64,000 nucleotides of DNA from assembly GCA_040380755.1 (NCBI GenBank), contig JBEIIL010000001.1:3418-67417 (forward strand). Direction: 5' to 3'. Of this stretch, positions 35,392 to 45,298 are shown piece by piece. The position numbers and the translations under genes were made by a program. Under the pieces are notes generated by a model. That model was given only the letters and a program-made list of their open reading frames with translations, was not told the origin of the DNA and ran no database searches. Within the stretch, counting starts at the first letter, position 1; every line of letters begins with the position of its first letter. This stretch comes from Methylobacteriaceae bacterium. Lineage in GTDB: Bacteria; Pseudomonadota; Alphaproteobacteria; Rhizobiales; Beijerinckiaceae.

Positions 35392-35661
35392 ATGGATTCG
35401 GATCGCATCACGGGCGCTGCCCGCACCATGGCCGGCAAGGTTGAAGAGGGCTTCGGCCAGATGACCGGAGACCGCGAGACCCAGGGCAAGGGCATCGCCG
35501 ACCAGATCGCCGGGACGGCCACCAACACCTATGGGCGAGCCAAGGACACCGTGCGTGAGGCCGCCGACACCGTGAGCTCCACGGTGGAGCACAGCCCGCT
35601 CGGCAGCCTTCTGGCCGCAGCGGCACTCGGGTTCGTCGTCGCGATGGTGATGAAGCGCTGA
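35392..35661 (+). CDS. CsbD-family stress protein with C-terminal TM anchor
   Basis: 89 aa, RBS GGGAGGA. The pattern KVEEGFGQMTGDRETQGKG..AGTATNTYG is CsbD-like. Confidence 0.8.
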   Translation: MDSDRITGAARTMAGKVEEGFGQMTGDRETQGKGIADQIAGTATNTYGRAKDTVREAADTVSSTVEHSPLGSLLAAAALGFVVAMVMKR

Positions 35662-35691
35662 ACAGACCACCCGGCGCCTGCCGGGTAGCTC

Positions 35692-35735
35692 AAGGCCTGC
35701 CGCAGCGCCCGACCATTGCAGCGGCAGGCCTTTCG
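35692..35735. terminator. Possible bidirectional hairpin between csbD-like gene and recJ
   Basis: 12-bp stem AAGGCCTGCCGC...GCGGCAGGCCTT with a 17-nt loop. Only weak U-tracts. Confidence 0.45.
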
Positions 35736-35742
35736 CCTCTCA

Positions 35743-37536
35743 TCACCGCGCCGGGGCAGCCGCGTCGAGAATGCGGACCTGCACACGGTCGCGGCCATTC
35801 CAACTGTCGAGCGCAAGGTGGCCGGCGACGTGCACGCTCTCGCCGCGGGCCCGCGCCAGCATCTGGCCGAGCGGCTGGCCGGCGGCGCGAAATGCGATGC
35901 CGTCGATCAGCGCGCCGTCACCGGCCTTGAGTTTCACCCGGACATGGCCGCGACCGACCTCGGCGACCTCGACAAGGCGGTGCGCCGGCAGGGCAAAGAC
36001 CGGCTCGGGATGGCCTGACCCGAACGGCCCGGCCTGCTCCAGCCTGGTCAGCAGCTCCGGCCGTGCGCCGGATGCCGTGATCGCCGCATCGACGGCGAGG
36101 CTCTGGTCGGCGCGGGCACGCTCGATCTCCCCCCCGAGACGATCAGCCAGGAACGCGGCGAGAGCCGGAACCTGCTCGCGCGTCACGGTGACGCCCGCTG
36201 CCATGGCGTGTCCGCCGCCCTTCTGCGCAAACCCCTGCTCGACTGCGGAACGGACAGCACGACCGAGGTCGACGCCCGGGATCGATCGGGCCGAGCCGGT
36301 GCCGGTCCCGTCCTGCGCATAGGCCAGCGCGAAGGCCGGCCGCCGGAACCGTTCCTTCATGCGGGCGGCGACGAGGCCCACCACGCCCGGGTGCCAGCCG
36401 TCCGAGCCCACCATGACGACCTGGGCGCCCTCTTCGTCCAGCCCAAGAGCGTGCAGCGCCTGGGCCTCGGCTTCGGCCACCATCACCTGCTCTATGGCCT
36501 GGCGCTCGCCGTTGAGGCGATCGAGTTCGCCGGCGATGCGGGTCGCCTCGGTTTCGTCGTCGCACAGCAGAAGCCGCGCGCCCAGCGCAGCGTCGCCAAT
36601 GCGGCCGCCGGCATTGATGCGCGGGCCGATGAGAAAGCCGAGGTGATAGGGCTTTGGCGGCCCGTCGAGGCGGGCGACATCGGCCAGCGCGCGCAAGCCG
36701 ATCCGCCCCCTCCCCTTCATGACGGCCAGGCCCTGGCGGACGAACGCACGGTTGAGACCGACCAGCGGGACCACGTCGGCCACAGTTCCCAGAGCCACGA
36801 GATCGAGCTCGGCCATGAGGTCGGGTTCACCACCATGGGTGGCCCAGAAGCCGCGACGCCGCAGCTCCCGGTTGAGCGCCACCAGCGTGACGAACACCAC
36901 CCCGGCGGCGCAGAGCGAACCAAGGCCGGAGATGTCGTCCTGCCGGTTCGGATTGACGATGGCGAGCGCATCGGGAAGTTGCTCGGGCGCCTGGTGGTGA
37001 TCGAGCACCACGCTGTCCATCCCCAGCCGCTGCGCCTCGGCCAACGGCTCATGGCTCGTGGTGCCGCAGTCGACGGTGACCAGCAGCGTGGCGCCGGCAG
37101 CCGCCAGGCTGCGGATCGCCTCGACATTCGGGCCATAGCCCTCGATCAGCCGGTCGGGGATATGCATCCGGGAAGGTGTGCCGCAACGGGCAAGGAACCC
37201 GGCCAGCAAGGCCGCGGAGGTGGCACCGTCGACGTCATAGTCGCCGAAGATCGCCACAGTCTCGCCCCGGGCCACGGCATCCGCGAGGCGCGCCACGGCC
37301 TGTTGCATGCCGGCGAGGCAGAACGGCTCCGGCAACAGGTCGCGCAGGCGCGGTGTCAGGAACGCCATGGCGGACGTGGCGTCGACGCCCCGTCCGGCAA
37401 GGACACGCGCCAGGACATCGTCGAGCCCGTGCTGCTGGACCATGGCGAGCGCCTGCGCCCGCCCGGCATCGTCGAGCCGGTCACGCCAGGCCCGGCCCGT
37501 GGCCGACCGTGTCACATCGAGAAATGGACGGGCCAT
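35743..37536 (-). CDS. recJ: Single-stranded-DNA-specific exonuclease RecJ
   Basis: 597 aa with DHH motifs IFGDYDVDGATS, VTVDCG, LDHH and the DHHA1 region GGGHAMAAG. Confidence 0.93.
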   Translation of the reverse strand: MARPFLDVTRSATGRAWRDRLDDAGRAQALAMVQQHGLDDVLARVLAGRGVDATSAMAFLTPRLRDLLPEPFCLAGMQQAVARLADAVARGETVAIFGDYDVDGATSAALLAGFLARCGTPSRMHIPDRLIEGYGPNVEAIRSLAAAGATLLVTVDCGTTSHEPLAEAQRLGMDSVVLDHHQAPEQLPDALAIVNPNRQDDISGLGSLCAAGVVFVTLVALNRELRRRGFWATHGGEPDLMAELDLVALGTVADVVPLVGLNRAFVRQGLAVMKGRGRIGLRALADVARLDGPPKPYHLGFLIGPRINAGGRIGDAALGARLLLCDDETEATRIAGELDRLNGERQAIEQVMVAEAEAQALHALGLDEEGAQVVMVGSDGWHPGVVGLVAARMKERFRRPAFALAYAQDGTGTGSARSIPGVDLGRAVRSAVEQGFAQKGGGHAMAAGVTVTREQVPALAAFLADRLGGEIERARADQSLAVDAAITASGARPELLTRLEQAGPFGSGHPEPVFALPAHRLVEVAEVGRGHVRVKLKAGDGALIDGIAFRAAGQPLGQMLARARGESVHVAGHLALDSWNGRDRVQVRILDAAAPAR

Positions 37537-37635
37537 GGCCCCCTGTAGCGGCTAAACGGACCCGGCGCCATCGGGCTGATCTCCGGCGTCAGCCGACCCC
37601 GGTCCGATGGCGATACGTCCACCCGGCGGCGTAAC

Positions 37636-38643
37636 TCAGTCCAGCTTGAATTTGCCGAACTCGCGGTGCTCGGCGTGGATCTTGCGGACCGTGCCGGTGG
37701 TCGAGCGGTAGACCAGCGTCTCGGTCTCGATCACGTCCTTGCCGAACCGAACGCCGGCGAGGAGCTGGCCATCCGTGACGCCCGTCGCCGAGACGATGAC
37801 GTCGCCTGACGCCAGCTCGTTCATCTCGTACTTCTTCTTCGGATCCTTGACGCCCATGCCACGGGCGCGCTCGACCTTCTCGGGCGTGTCGAGGATCAGG
37901 CGGCCCTGCATCTGGCCGCCGACGCAGCGCAGCGCCGCGGCGGCGAGGACGCCCTCAGGCGCGCCGCCAATGCCGAGATAGATGTCGATGCCGGTCTGGG
38001 CCTGCATGGCCGTGAAAATCACGCCGGCGACGTCGCCGTCGGTAATCAGCCGGATGGACGCACCGGTCTTGCGAACGGCAGCAATCAGGTCGGCGTGGCG
38101 GGGCCGGTCCATGATCAGAGCGGAGATCTCGTGAGGCTGCACGCCCTTGGCCTTGGCAAGAGCGTGGATGTTGTCGATCGGGCTGGCGTCGAGATCGACA
38201 ATGCCCGGCGCATAGCCCGGCCCTATAGCGATCTTGTCCATGTAGACGTCGGGCGCATAAAGCAGCGAGCCGGCCTGGGCCATGGCCATGACGGCGATGG
38301 CGCCGGGCATATCCTTGGCGCAGAGCGTGGTGCCTTCCAGCGGATCGACAGCAATGTCGACGGCGGGGCCGCGGCCATTGCCGACCTTTTCGCCGATGAA
38401 CAGCATCGGCGCCTCGTCGCGCTCGCCCTCGCCGATGACGATGGTGCCGGTGATCGGCAGCTTGTTCAGCTCCCGCCGCATGGCATCGACGGCGGCCTGG
38501 TCGGCGGCCTTCTCGTTGCCGTGGCCACGCAGGCGGGCGGCGGAGACGGCGGCGCGCTCGGTGACGCGAACGAGCTCCATCGACAGGATTCGCTCAATGA
38601 CGTCCTTCGGCTTGACGTTGACGTCGTGATTCTTGTCGCTCAC
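37636..38643 (-). CDS. glpX: Class II fructose-1,6-bisphosphatase (GlpX)
   Basis: 335 aa with IVIGEGERDEAPMLFIGEKVG, DPLEGTT and GGAPEGVLAAAALRC, typical GlpX blocks. Confidence 0.93.
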   Translation of the reverse strand: MSDKNHDVNVKPKDVIERILSMELVRVTERAAVSAARLRGHGNEKAADQAAVDAMRRELNKLPITGTIVIGEGERDEAPMLFIGEKVGNGRGPAVDIAVDPLEGTTLCAKDMPGAIAVMAMAQAGSLLYAPDVYMDKIAIGPGYAPGIVDLDASPIDNIHALAKAKGVQPHEISALIMDRPRHADLIAAVRKTGASIRLITDGDVAGVIFTAMQAQTGIDIYLGIGGAPEGVLAAAALRCVGGQMQGRLILDTPEKVERARGMGVKDPKKKYEMNELASGDVIVSATGVTDGQLLAGVRFGKDVIETETLVYRSTTGTVRKIHAEHREFGKFKLD

Positions 38644-38667
38644 GGCAGATCCCCCGCAGTCCCGGTT

Positions 38668-39990
38668 TCAGTCACGCTCGATGCGGATCACCTGCGGCGG
38701 CTCGGCGACATGGCCGTCGGCCATCATCGCCTCGATGGCCGACCGGATGGCCGCCTCCGTCGTCGCATAGGTGATCAGCACCACCGGCACCGTCCCGTCC
38801 GGGCGGCCGGCTCGATCGCCCGAGCGTGCACCGGCGGGCCGCCGCTGCAGGATGCTCTCGAGCGAAATCTGGTTCTCCGCCATGCGGGTGGCGATCGCGG
38901 CGGCGGCACCCGGACGGTCGCGCACGGCGAGGCGGATGTAGTAGCCGCCCTCATGGCGCTGCATGGGGGCGCGTGCGGCACACTCAAGCGTCCCGACCGG
39001 CTGCCCGAAATCCGGCACGTTGGCGCCACGCGCAATATCGACGAGGTCGGACAGGACCGAAGAGGCGGTGGCGAGGCCGCCGGCGCCGGGCCCGACCAGC
39101 GTGAGCTCGCCGACCGCATCGGCGGCCAGCATCACCGCATTGGTCACGCCCATCACCTGGGCAATGGCCCAACTCGTCGGCACCATGGTGGGATGGACGC
39201 GCTGCTCGATGCCGGTCGCCGTCCGCTCGGCGACGCCGAGCAGCTTGATGCGGTAGCCGAGCTCTTCAGCCATTTTCAGGTCGAGCGGGGTGATTGCGCT
39301 GATCCCCTCGACATGGATGGCATCGGCATCGATGGTGGTGCCAAAGGCCAGGCTCGTCAGGATGGCGAGCTTGTGGGCGGTGTCGAACCCGCCGACATCG
39401 AAGGTCGGATCCGCTTCGGCATAGCCCAGGCGCTGGGCATCGGCCAGGCAGGCCTCGAAGGTCAGCCCCTCCGTCTCCATCCGCGACAGGATGTAGTTGC
39501 AGGTGCCGTTGAGGATGCCGGAAACGCGTGTGACCCGGTTGCCGGCGAGCGACTCGCGCAGCGTCTTGACGATCGGGATGCCGCCGGCGACCGAGGCCTC
39601 GAAGAACAGGCTGACACCGTGCGCCTCGGCCCGCCGCGCCAGCGCCTCACCGTGCGCCGCGAGCATGGCCTTGTTGGCCGTCACCACCCGCGTGCCGTGA
39701 TCGAGCGCCGTCTCGACGGCCTCCAGGGCCGGGCCATCGGCACCGCCCATCAGCTCGACGAACACGTCGGTGTCGTGGCGCGCCGCCATCTCCACCGGAT
39801 CGTCGAACCAGGTCACCCCCGACAGATCGACGCCCCGATCGCGGCTGCGGTCCCGCGCACTGACCGCGACGACGCGGATCTCCCGGCCGCAGCGGGCCGC
39901 AAGGGTCTCGCGGTGGGTCGCCAGATGACGCACCACGGCGGCGCCCACGGTGCCGAGGCCGGCAATCGCGACGCGCAGGGGCTGCATCAT
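38668..39990 (-). CDS. hom: Homoserine dehydrogenase
   Basis: 440 aa with N-terminal Rossmann IAGLGTVG, a central GILNGTCNYIL block and a C-terminal ACT domain. Confidence 0.93.
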   Translation of the reverse strand: MMQPLRVAIAGLGTVGAAVVRHLATHRETLAARCGREIRVVAVSARDRSRDRGVDLSGVTWFDDPVEMAARHDTDVFVELMGGADGPALEAVETALDHGTRVVTANKAMLAAHGEALARRAEAHGVSLFFEASVAGGIPIVKTLRESLAGNRVTRVSGILNGTCNYILSRMETEGLTFEACLADAQRLGYAEADPTFDVGGFDTAHKLAILTSLAFGTTIDADAIHVEGISAITPLDLKMAEELGYRIKLLGVAERTATGIEQRVHPTMVPTSWAIAQVMGVTNAVMLAADAVGELTLVGPGAGGLATASSVLSDLVDIARGANVPDFGQPVGTLECAARAPMQRHEGGYYIRLAVRDRPGAAAAIATRMAENQISLESILQRRPAGARSGDRAGRPDGTVPVVLITYATTEAAIRSAIEAMMADGHVAEPPQVIRIERD

Positions 39991-40019
39991 GGACGAGGAC
40001 CTTCCGGAAAGCCGCCGGC

Positions 40020-41240
40020 TCAGCCCCGGGCGGCGAGCGGGACGACGTTGTGCAACGTTTTGTCCCCGGTTTCAAGGAACCGGCGGACGTTGCGGGCGGC
40101 CTGGCGGATGCGCTGCTCGTTCTCCACCAGGGCGATGCGGACATAGTCGTCACCATGCTCGCCAAAGCCGATCCCGGGCGCGACGGCCACCGACGCCTTC
40201 TCGACCAGCAGCTTGGAGAACTCCAGGCTGCCCAGCGCCCGGAACGGCTCGGGGATCTTCACCCACGCGAACATCGATGCCTGCGGCGGCGGAAACTCCC
40301 AGCCGGCCCGGGCGAAGCTGTCGACCAGCGCGTCGCGGCGCTTGCGGTAGGTCTCGCGCATTTCCCTGATGCAATCGTCGGGACCGTTGAGGGCCGCGGC
40401 GGCGGCCACCTGCACGGGCGTGAAGGCGCCGTAGTCGAGATAGCTCTTGACCCGCGCCAGCGCGGCGCAGAGCCGCTCATTGCCGACGGCAAATCCCATG
40501 CGCCAGCCTGCCATCGAGAACGTTTTCGACAGGGACGTGAACTCGACCGTCACATCCATGGCGCCAGGCACCTGCAGCACCGACGGAGGCGGGTTGGCCT
40601 CGTCGAAATAGACCTCCGCATAAGCGAGGTCGGACAGGAGGATCAGCTCGTGCTTGCGGGCGAAGGCGACGAGGTCTCGGTAGAAGTCGAGCGTCGCCGT
40701 GTAGGCGGTCGGATTGGCCGGGTAGCAGGTGACCAGCGCGATCGGCTTGGGGATCGAGTGGATCACCGAGCGCTCTAGCGCCCGGAACATCTCCTCGTTC
40801 GGCTCGGCAGGCACGGAGCGGATCACGCCGCCGGCCATCAGGAAGCCAAACGCATGGATCGGGTAGCTCGGGTTGGGCACCAGCACCACGTCGCCCGGTG
40901 CGGTGATCGCCTGGGCCATGTTGGCGAAGCCCTCCTTCGAGCCCAGCGTGGCGATGACCTGGGTGTCCGGGTTCAGCTTCACGCCGAAACGGCGCTCGTA
41001 ATAGCCCGCCTGGGCACGGCGCAGGCCGCCGATGCCCTTGGAGGCCGAATAGCGGTCGGTCCGCGGCTTGCCGGCCGTCTCGACGAGCTTGTCGATCACG
41101 TGCTTGGGGGCGGCCAGGTCGGGATTGCCCATGCCGAGGTCGATGATGTCGGCGCCGCCATTGCGGGCCTGCGCCTTGATGCGGTTGACCTGCTCGAACA
41201 CATAGGGGGGCAGGCGCTTGATGCGGTGAAAGTCGGTCAT
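40020..41240 (-). CDS. Class I/II PLP-dependent aminotransferase (LL-diaminopimelate/alanine aminotransferase-like)
   Basis: Start MTDFHRIKRLPPYVF. GMGNPD and SLSKTFSMAGWR (PLP lysine). Conserved position upstream of hom. Confidence 0.9.
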   Translation of the reverse strand: MTDFHRIKRLPPYVFEQVNRIKAQARNGGADIIDLGMGNPDLAAPKHVIDKLVETAGKPRTDRYSASKGIGGLRRAQAGYYERRFGVKLNPDTQVIATLGSKEGFANMAQAITAPGDVVLVPNPSYPIHAFGFLMAGGVIRSVPAEPNEEMFRALERSVIHSIPKPIALVTCYPANPTAYTATLDFYRDLVAFARKHELILLSDLAYAEVYFDEANPPPSVLQVPGAMDVTVEFTSLSKTFSMAGWRMGFAVGNERLCAALARVKSYLDYGAFTPVQVAAAAALNGPDDCIREMRETYRKRRDALVDSFARAGWEFPPPQASMFAWVKIPEPFRALGSLEFSKLLVEKASVAVAPGIGFGEHGDDYVRIALVENEQRIRQAARNVRRFLETGDKTLHNVVPLAARG

Positions 41241-41380
41241 GGGTCCTGTCCTGCATGCGGGCATGGAATGGTCAAACCAACCGATTCCCTGCCGCTGGCG
41301 CGGTCTGCCTCTTTACACCCTCGTTCCGGGCTTGGCACGTCCCCCGGCGCGTGCCGGTGCGGGACCTTGGTCGAACCTGG

Positions 41381-41818
41381 TCAGCCGCCGGGACGGGCCG
41401 GCTGCGCGGCAGGCCTGATGGCAGGCTTGGCGGCGGCACGGTCACCCGGATTGGACTTTGCACTGGGTGACGGCCTGCGGCCGGCGGCATCGTGGCGACG
41501 GCGGGTCGACTCCATCTCCGCCTCGAGGCTCTTCACCTCGTCGGCAGTGCGGACCTTGGTACCACGCGCCGGCGGTACCACACCGACAGGACGATAGTCC
41601 ATGGCGGCGGGACGGCTCTTCTTCACGAATTCGGCTGGCTCCGGCACGGTGGTCGTAATGTTGAACTTGTCGGTGAACGGGCGCAGCGCGTCCGTCTCCG
41701 CCGACGGCTGCTGGGCCGCGCAGGTCATACCCGTCAATCCCAGCACGGTCATCGCGCCCACAAGGCGGATGGCGCCTCGCGAGCAGCGGGCGGCGGCGTC
41801 ATGCAGGTGATGGAACAT
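41381..41818 (-). CDS. Hypothetical secreted protein with Pro/Ala/Arg-rich C-terminus
   Basis: 145-aa ORF from MFHHL with a signal-like AIRLVGAMTVLGLTGMTCAAQ. No family recognised. Confidence 0.5.
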   Translation of the reverse strand: MFHHLHDAAARCSRGAIRLVGAMTVLGLTGMTCAAQQPSAETDALRPFTDKFNITTTVPEPAEFVKKSRPAAMDYRPVGVVPPARGTKVRTADEVKSLEAEMESTRRRHDAAGRRPSPSAKSNPGDRAAAKPAIRPAAQPARPGG

Positions 41819-41934
41819 GCCGTGTATGGCCTTTGACGAATTTCTTTGCGCAGTCCGCACGGCTAAACCGTTAATATGGTCAAAACAGGATCGGTGCGGC
41901 AAGCGACGCCCGACAGGAACAGGGAAGCGACGCC

Positions 41935-43734
41935 ATGCAGGGTGGGCACGACAGCGCCGAGAGCAAGGTACCACTTCCCAATGTCGAGGCACTCGCCGCC
42001 AATGGCGCCCGGCTGCTGGACGAGCTCGGGCGGGCGACCGCCGCCGCCATGAGGCCCGTCGAGCAAGGGCTGGTGAAGCCCGGCATGTCCGATGAGGTCA
42101 GCGACGTGGTCAAGACGCTCGGCAATGTCGTCGAGCACTGGGCGATGGATCCGCAGCGCGTGGTGATGGCGCAGGCCAGCCTGACCAAGGGCTTCCTCGA
42201 CCTGTGGGCGACGACCCTGCGCCGGATGCAGGGCGAGGCCGTCGCGCCGGTGGCCGAGCCGGATCCCTCGGACCGCCGCTTCCGCGATCCGGACTGGTCA
42301 GAGAACCCGGTCTACGACTTCATCAAGCAGGCTTATCTGATCACGTCGCGCTGGGCCGAAGAGGTGGTCAAGGATGCGGACGGCGTGGATCCCCATGTCC
42401 GCCACAAGGCCGAGTTCTATGTCCGGCAGATCGCCAGCGCGCTGGCGCCGAGCAATTTCGTCGTCACCAACCCCGAGTTGATGCGCGAAACGATCCGGGA
42501 GAACGGCGAGAACCTCGTGCGCGGCATGAAGATGCTGGCCGAGGATATTGAAGCCGGACAGGGAACGCTCAAGCTGCGGCAGACGTCGGGGCAGTTCGCT
42601 GTCGGCCGCGACCTGGCGGTCACACCCGGCAAGGTCGTGTACCGCAATGATCTGATGGAGTTGATCCAGTACGAGCCGACGACCGAGACGGTGTTCCGCC
42701 GGCCGCTGCTGATCGTCCCGCCCTGGATCAACAAGTTCTACATTCTCGATCTCAACCAAGAGAAGTCGTTCATTCGCTGGGCCGTGGCGCAGGGTCTGAC
42801 GGTCTTCGTCATCTCGTGGGTCAATCCGGACGAACGGCAGGCAACCAAGGGCTTCTAGGACTACATGCGAGAGGGCATTTTTGATGCCCTCGACGCGGTC
42901 AAGGGCGCGACCGGCGAGGAGCAGGTGACCGCTATCGGCTACTGCGTCGGCGGAACCCTTCTGTCGGTGGCCCTGGCTCACATGGCGGCCATGGGCGACA
43001 CGCGCATCACCAGCGCGACGCTCTTCACCACCCAGGTCGACTTCACCCATGCGGGCGACCTGGCGGTATTCGTCGACGAGGAGCAGGTCCGCCAACTCGA
43101 GGACAAGATGTATGCGCGCGGCTACCTCAAGGGCTCGACCATGGCGTCGGCCTTCAACATGCTGCGCCCGAACGACCTGATCTGGCCCTATGTCGTGAAT
43201 GTCTACCTGAAGGGGAAAGAACCGTTCCCGTTCGACCTGCTGTACTGGAACGCCGACAGCACCCGAATGCCGGCGGCCAACCACTCCTTCTATCTGCGCA
43301 ACTGCTACCTGGAGAACCGGCTGGCCAAGGGCGAGATGGAGGTTGGCGGCATCACCCTCGACCTGAAGAAGGTGACCATCCCGATCTACAACCTTGCCGC
43401 AAAAGAGGACCACATCGCCCCGGCACGGTCAGTGTTCGTCGGATCGCAAAGCTTTGGCGGGCCCGTGACCTATGTGATGGCGGGATCCGGCCATATCGCC
43501 GGGGTGGTGAACCCTGCGGACAAGCCAAAGTACCAGTTCTGGACCGGTGGTCCGCCACAGGGCCGGTTCGAAGACTGGGTCGCGGCAGCAAGCGAGACGC
43601 CGGGATCGTGGTGGCCGCATTGGATCCAGTGGATCGCCGCCCAGGCTCCCGACAGGGTCAAGGCGCGCAAGCCGGGCGGGCGGCGCAAGACGCTCGGCGA
43701 TGCGCCGGGCGACTATGTTCGCGTGCGGGCCTGA
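41935..43734 (+). pseudogene. phaC: Class I poly(3-hydroxyalkanoate) synthase PhaC interrupted by an in-frame TAG
   Basis: Track ORFs 41935..42858 and 42865..43734 are in the same frame. The junction reads VNPDERQATKGF-TAG(42856-42858)[11 protein letters not shown]. The lipase box GYCVGG and the rest of the alpha/beta domain lie after the stop. Confidence 0.9.
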
Positions 43735-43740
43735 CGGTCC

Positions 43741-43824
43741 GAAGGGCTTTTGCCTCCTGAGGGCCTTTCCCTCCTGAGGGCCTTTCCCTCCTGAGGGCCC
43801 TGCCCTCCTGAGGGCCCTGCCCTC
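43741..43824. repeat. 17-bp tandem repeat array (about 4.9 copies) CCTCCTGAGGGCCTTTC / CCTCCTGAGGGCCCTGC
   Basis: Units at 43753-69, 43770-86 (variant A), 43787-803 and 43804-20 (variant B), plus degenerate flanking partial units. Starts 7 nt after the phaC stop. Confidence 0.9.
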
Positions 43825-43841
43825 ACGGATATCTCCAACGC

Positions 43842-43876
43842 AAAAAGGGCCGGCATTGCTACCGGCCTTTTCGTTT
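43842..43876. terminator. Bidirectional intrinsic terminator between phaC and the FadL-like gene
   Basis: AAAAAGGGCCGG-CATTGCTA-CCGGCCTTTTCGTTT, a GC stem flanked by an A-run and a T-run. Confidence 0.7.
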
Positions 43877-43921
43877 GGTGGGGTCTTGCGGGCGTATCCG
43901 CCCGCCGCTTCTCGAGGCGCG

Positions 43922-45298
43922 TCAGAACTTGGCGATGACCGGGATGGTCTTGCTCGGGTCGTCCCAGCGGAACTTCATGCCGACGCTGATGATGTCGACA
44001 TGGGCGTCGACGGTGCCGACGAGCGGTCCGTAGGTGGTGCTGTAGCCCGGATTGCCAGGCACCATCGCGATGTTGGTGTTGGCCGGGAACAGATGGGCGT
44101 AGGCAATGTCGAAGGTGAGCTTGTGGTTGAAGTTGTAGCTGGCGCCGAGCGTCGCCCAGATGCGGTCATTGTCGGGCAGGCGCAGCGAGCGCGTCTCGGT
44201 GCCGATCGGCGACTTCTCGTATGCGAGGCCGGCGCGGACCGTCCAGGTCGGATCGATCTTGTATTCGCCACCAATGGAGGCGTACCAGCCGTCCTTGTAG
44301 CCGAGCGGCAGGAACGGCGTCCCCGGATAGAGGCTGCCATTCGACTCCTGAACGACGCGCGGATAGCCGACGCGGCTCCAGTTCGTCCATTCGAAGCCGG
44401 CCGAGACCGAGAACTTGTCGTTGACGGTCTGCTTGATGCCGACCGTGATGGTCTCGGGCAGCACGACATTCGACTTGACCAGGCTCGTCGGGAAGGCGGC
44501 GCGCAGAGGCGCCGTGGCCGGCGCTGCGTTGAACGGGAAGCCGAAGGTCAGGCCGGTGAAGGTCCCCTTCAGCTCCTGTTCGACCGCCGAGCGATAGCCG
44601 ATGCCGATCTCGGTGCCGGCAATCGGCGTGATCGTGGCGCCCAGTGTGAAGCCGTAGCCGATCGAGTCACCCTCGATGCCGAACGCCTGGCTCTGCGATG
44701 CCGGCAGGCCGAGGGTGGGGGCGTCGAAGAACGACTTGTAGGTCGTCTGGAAATGCATCACCCGAAGGCCGGCCGCGACAGAGATCATGTCATTGATCTT
44801 GTAGGCGACGGTCGGGGTCAGTTCGAACGAGAGAACACCGGTGGAGAAGCCGTAGCCGCGGCCGACGCCAAAATCGGAGCTCGGCTTGGTGGTGAGACCG
44901 TAAGGCGTGTTGATGCCAAGTCCGACCCACAGCTTGTCGTTCAGCTGGATGCTCGAATAGGAGGCCGGCAGCGCGGCGTCCTGACCAAGATCACCGGTGG
45001 TCAGACCGTTGAAGCGCGCCGCCGAGCCGGGGCCAGCGTTGAACTTGGCGTAGGGGAAAATGCCCGAAATCGCCGATTCGAACTGGATGCCCGGAACCTT
45101 CGTGAGAGTCGCCGGGTTCCAGAACATCGAGCCCAGGCCGGCCGAACCCGCGCCGACACCGGCGAAGGCCATCCCAAGGCCTGCGGCGCTCTGCTCGCGC
45201 AACGCAAAACCGCCGGCCTGCGCAGCTCCCGACAAGGCGGTGATGGCTGCGGCTGACACGGCGCCGGCGAGAAGGATCCTGAGTGTCGGTTGCCGCAT
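43922..45298 (-). CDS. Outer-membrane transport protein of the OmpP1/FadL/TodX family
   Basis: 458 aa with a signal peptide, then AGGFALREQSAAGLGMAFAG, and a C-terminal aromatic residue (KF), typical of FadL-type beta-barrels. Confidence 0.88.
   Translation of the reverse strand: MRQPTLRILLAGAVSAAAITALSGAAQAGGFALREQSAAGLGMAFAGVGAGSAGLGSMFWNPATLTKVPGIQFESAISGIFPYAKFNAGPGSAARFNGLTTGDLGQDAALPASYSSIQLNDKLWVGLGINTPYGLTTKPSSDFGVGRGYGFSTGVLSFELTPTVAYKINDMISVAAGLRVMHFQTTYKSFFDAPTLGLPASQSQAFGIEGDSIGYGFTLGATITPIAGTEIGIGYRSAVEQELKGTFTGLTFGFPFNAAPATAPLRAAFPTSLVKSNVVLPETITVGIKQTVNDKFSVSAGFEWTNWSRVGYPRVVQESNGSLYPGTPFLPLGYKDGWYASIGGEYKIDPTWTVRAGLAYEKSPIGTETRSLRLPDNDRIWATLGASYNFNHKLTFDIAYAHLFPANTNIAMVPGNPGYSTTYGPLVGTVDAHVDIISVGMKFRWDDPSKTIPVIAKF

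Noticed and set aside
43741-43824. The tandem repeat as a CRISPR array.
   Set aside because: The units are only 17 bp and directly abutting with no spacers, and no cas genes are present.
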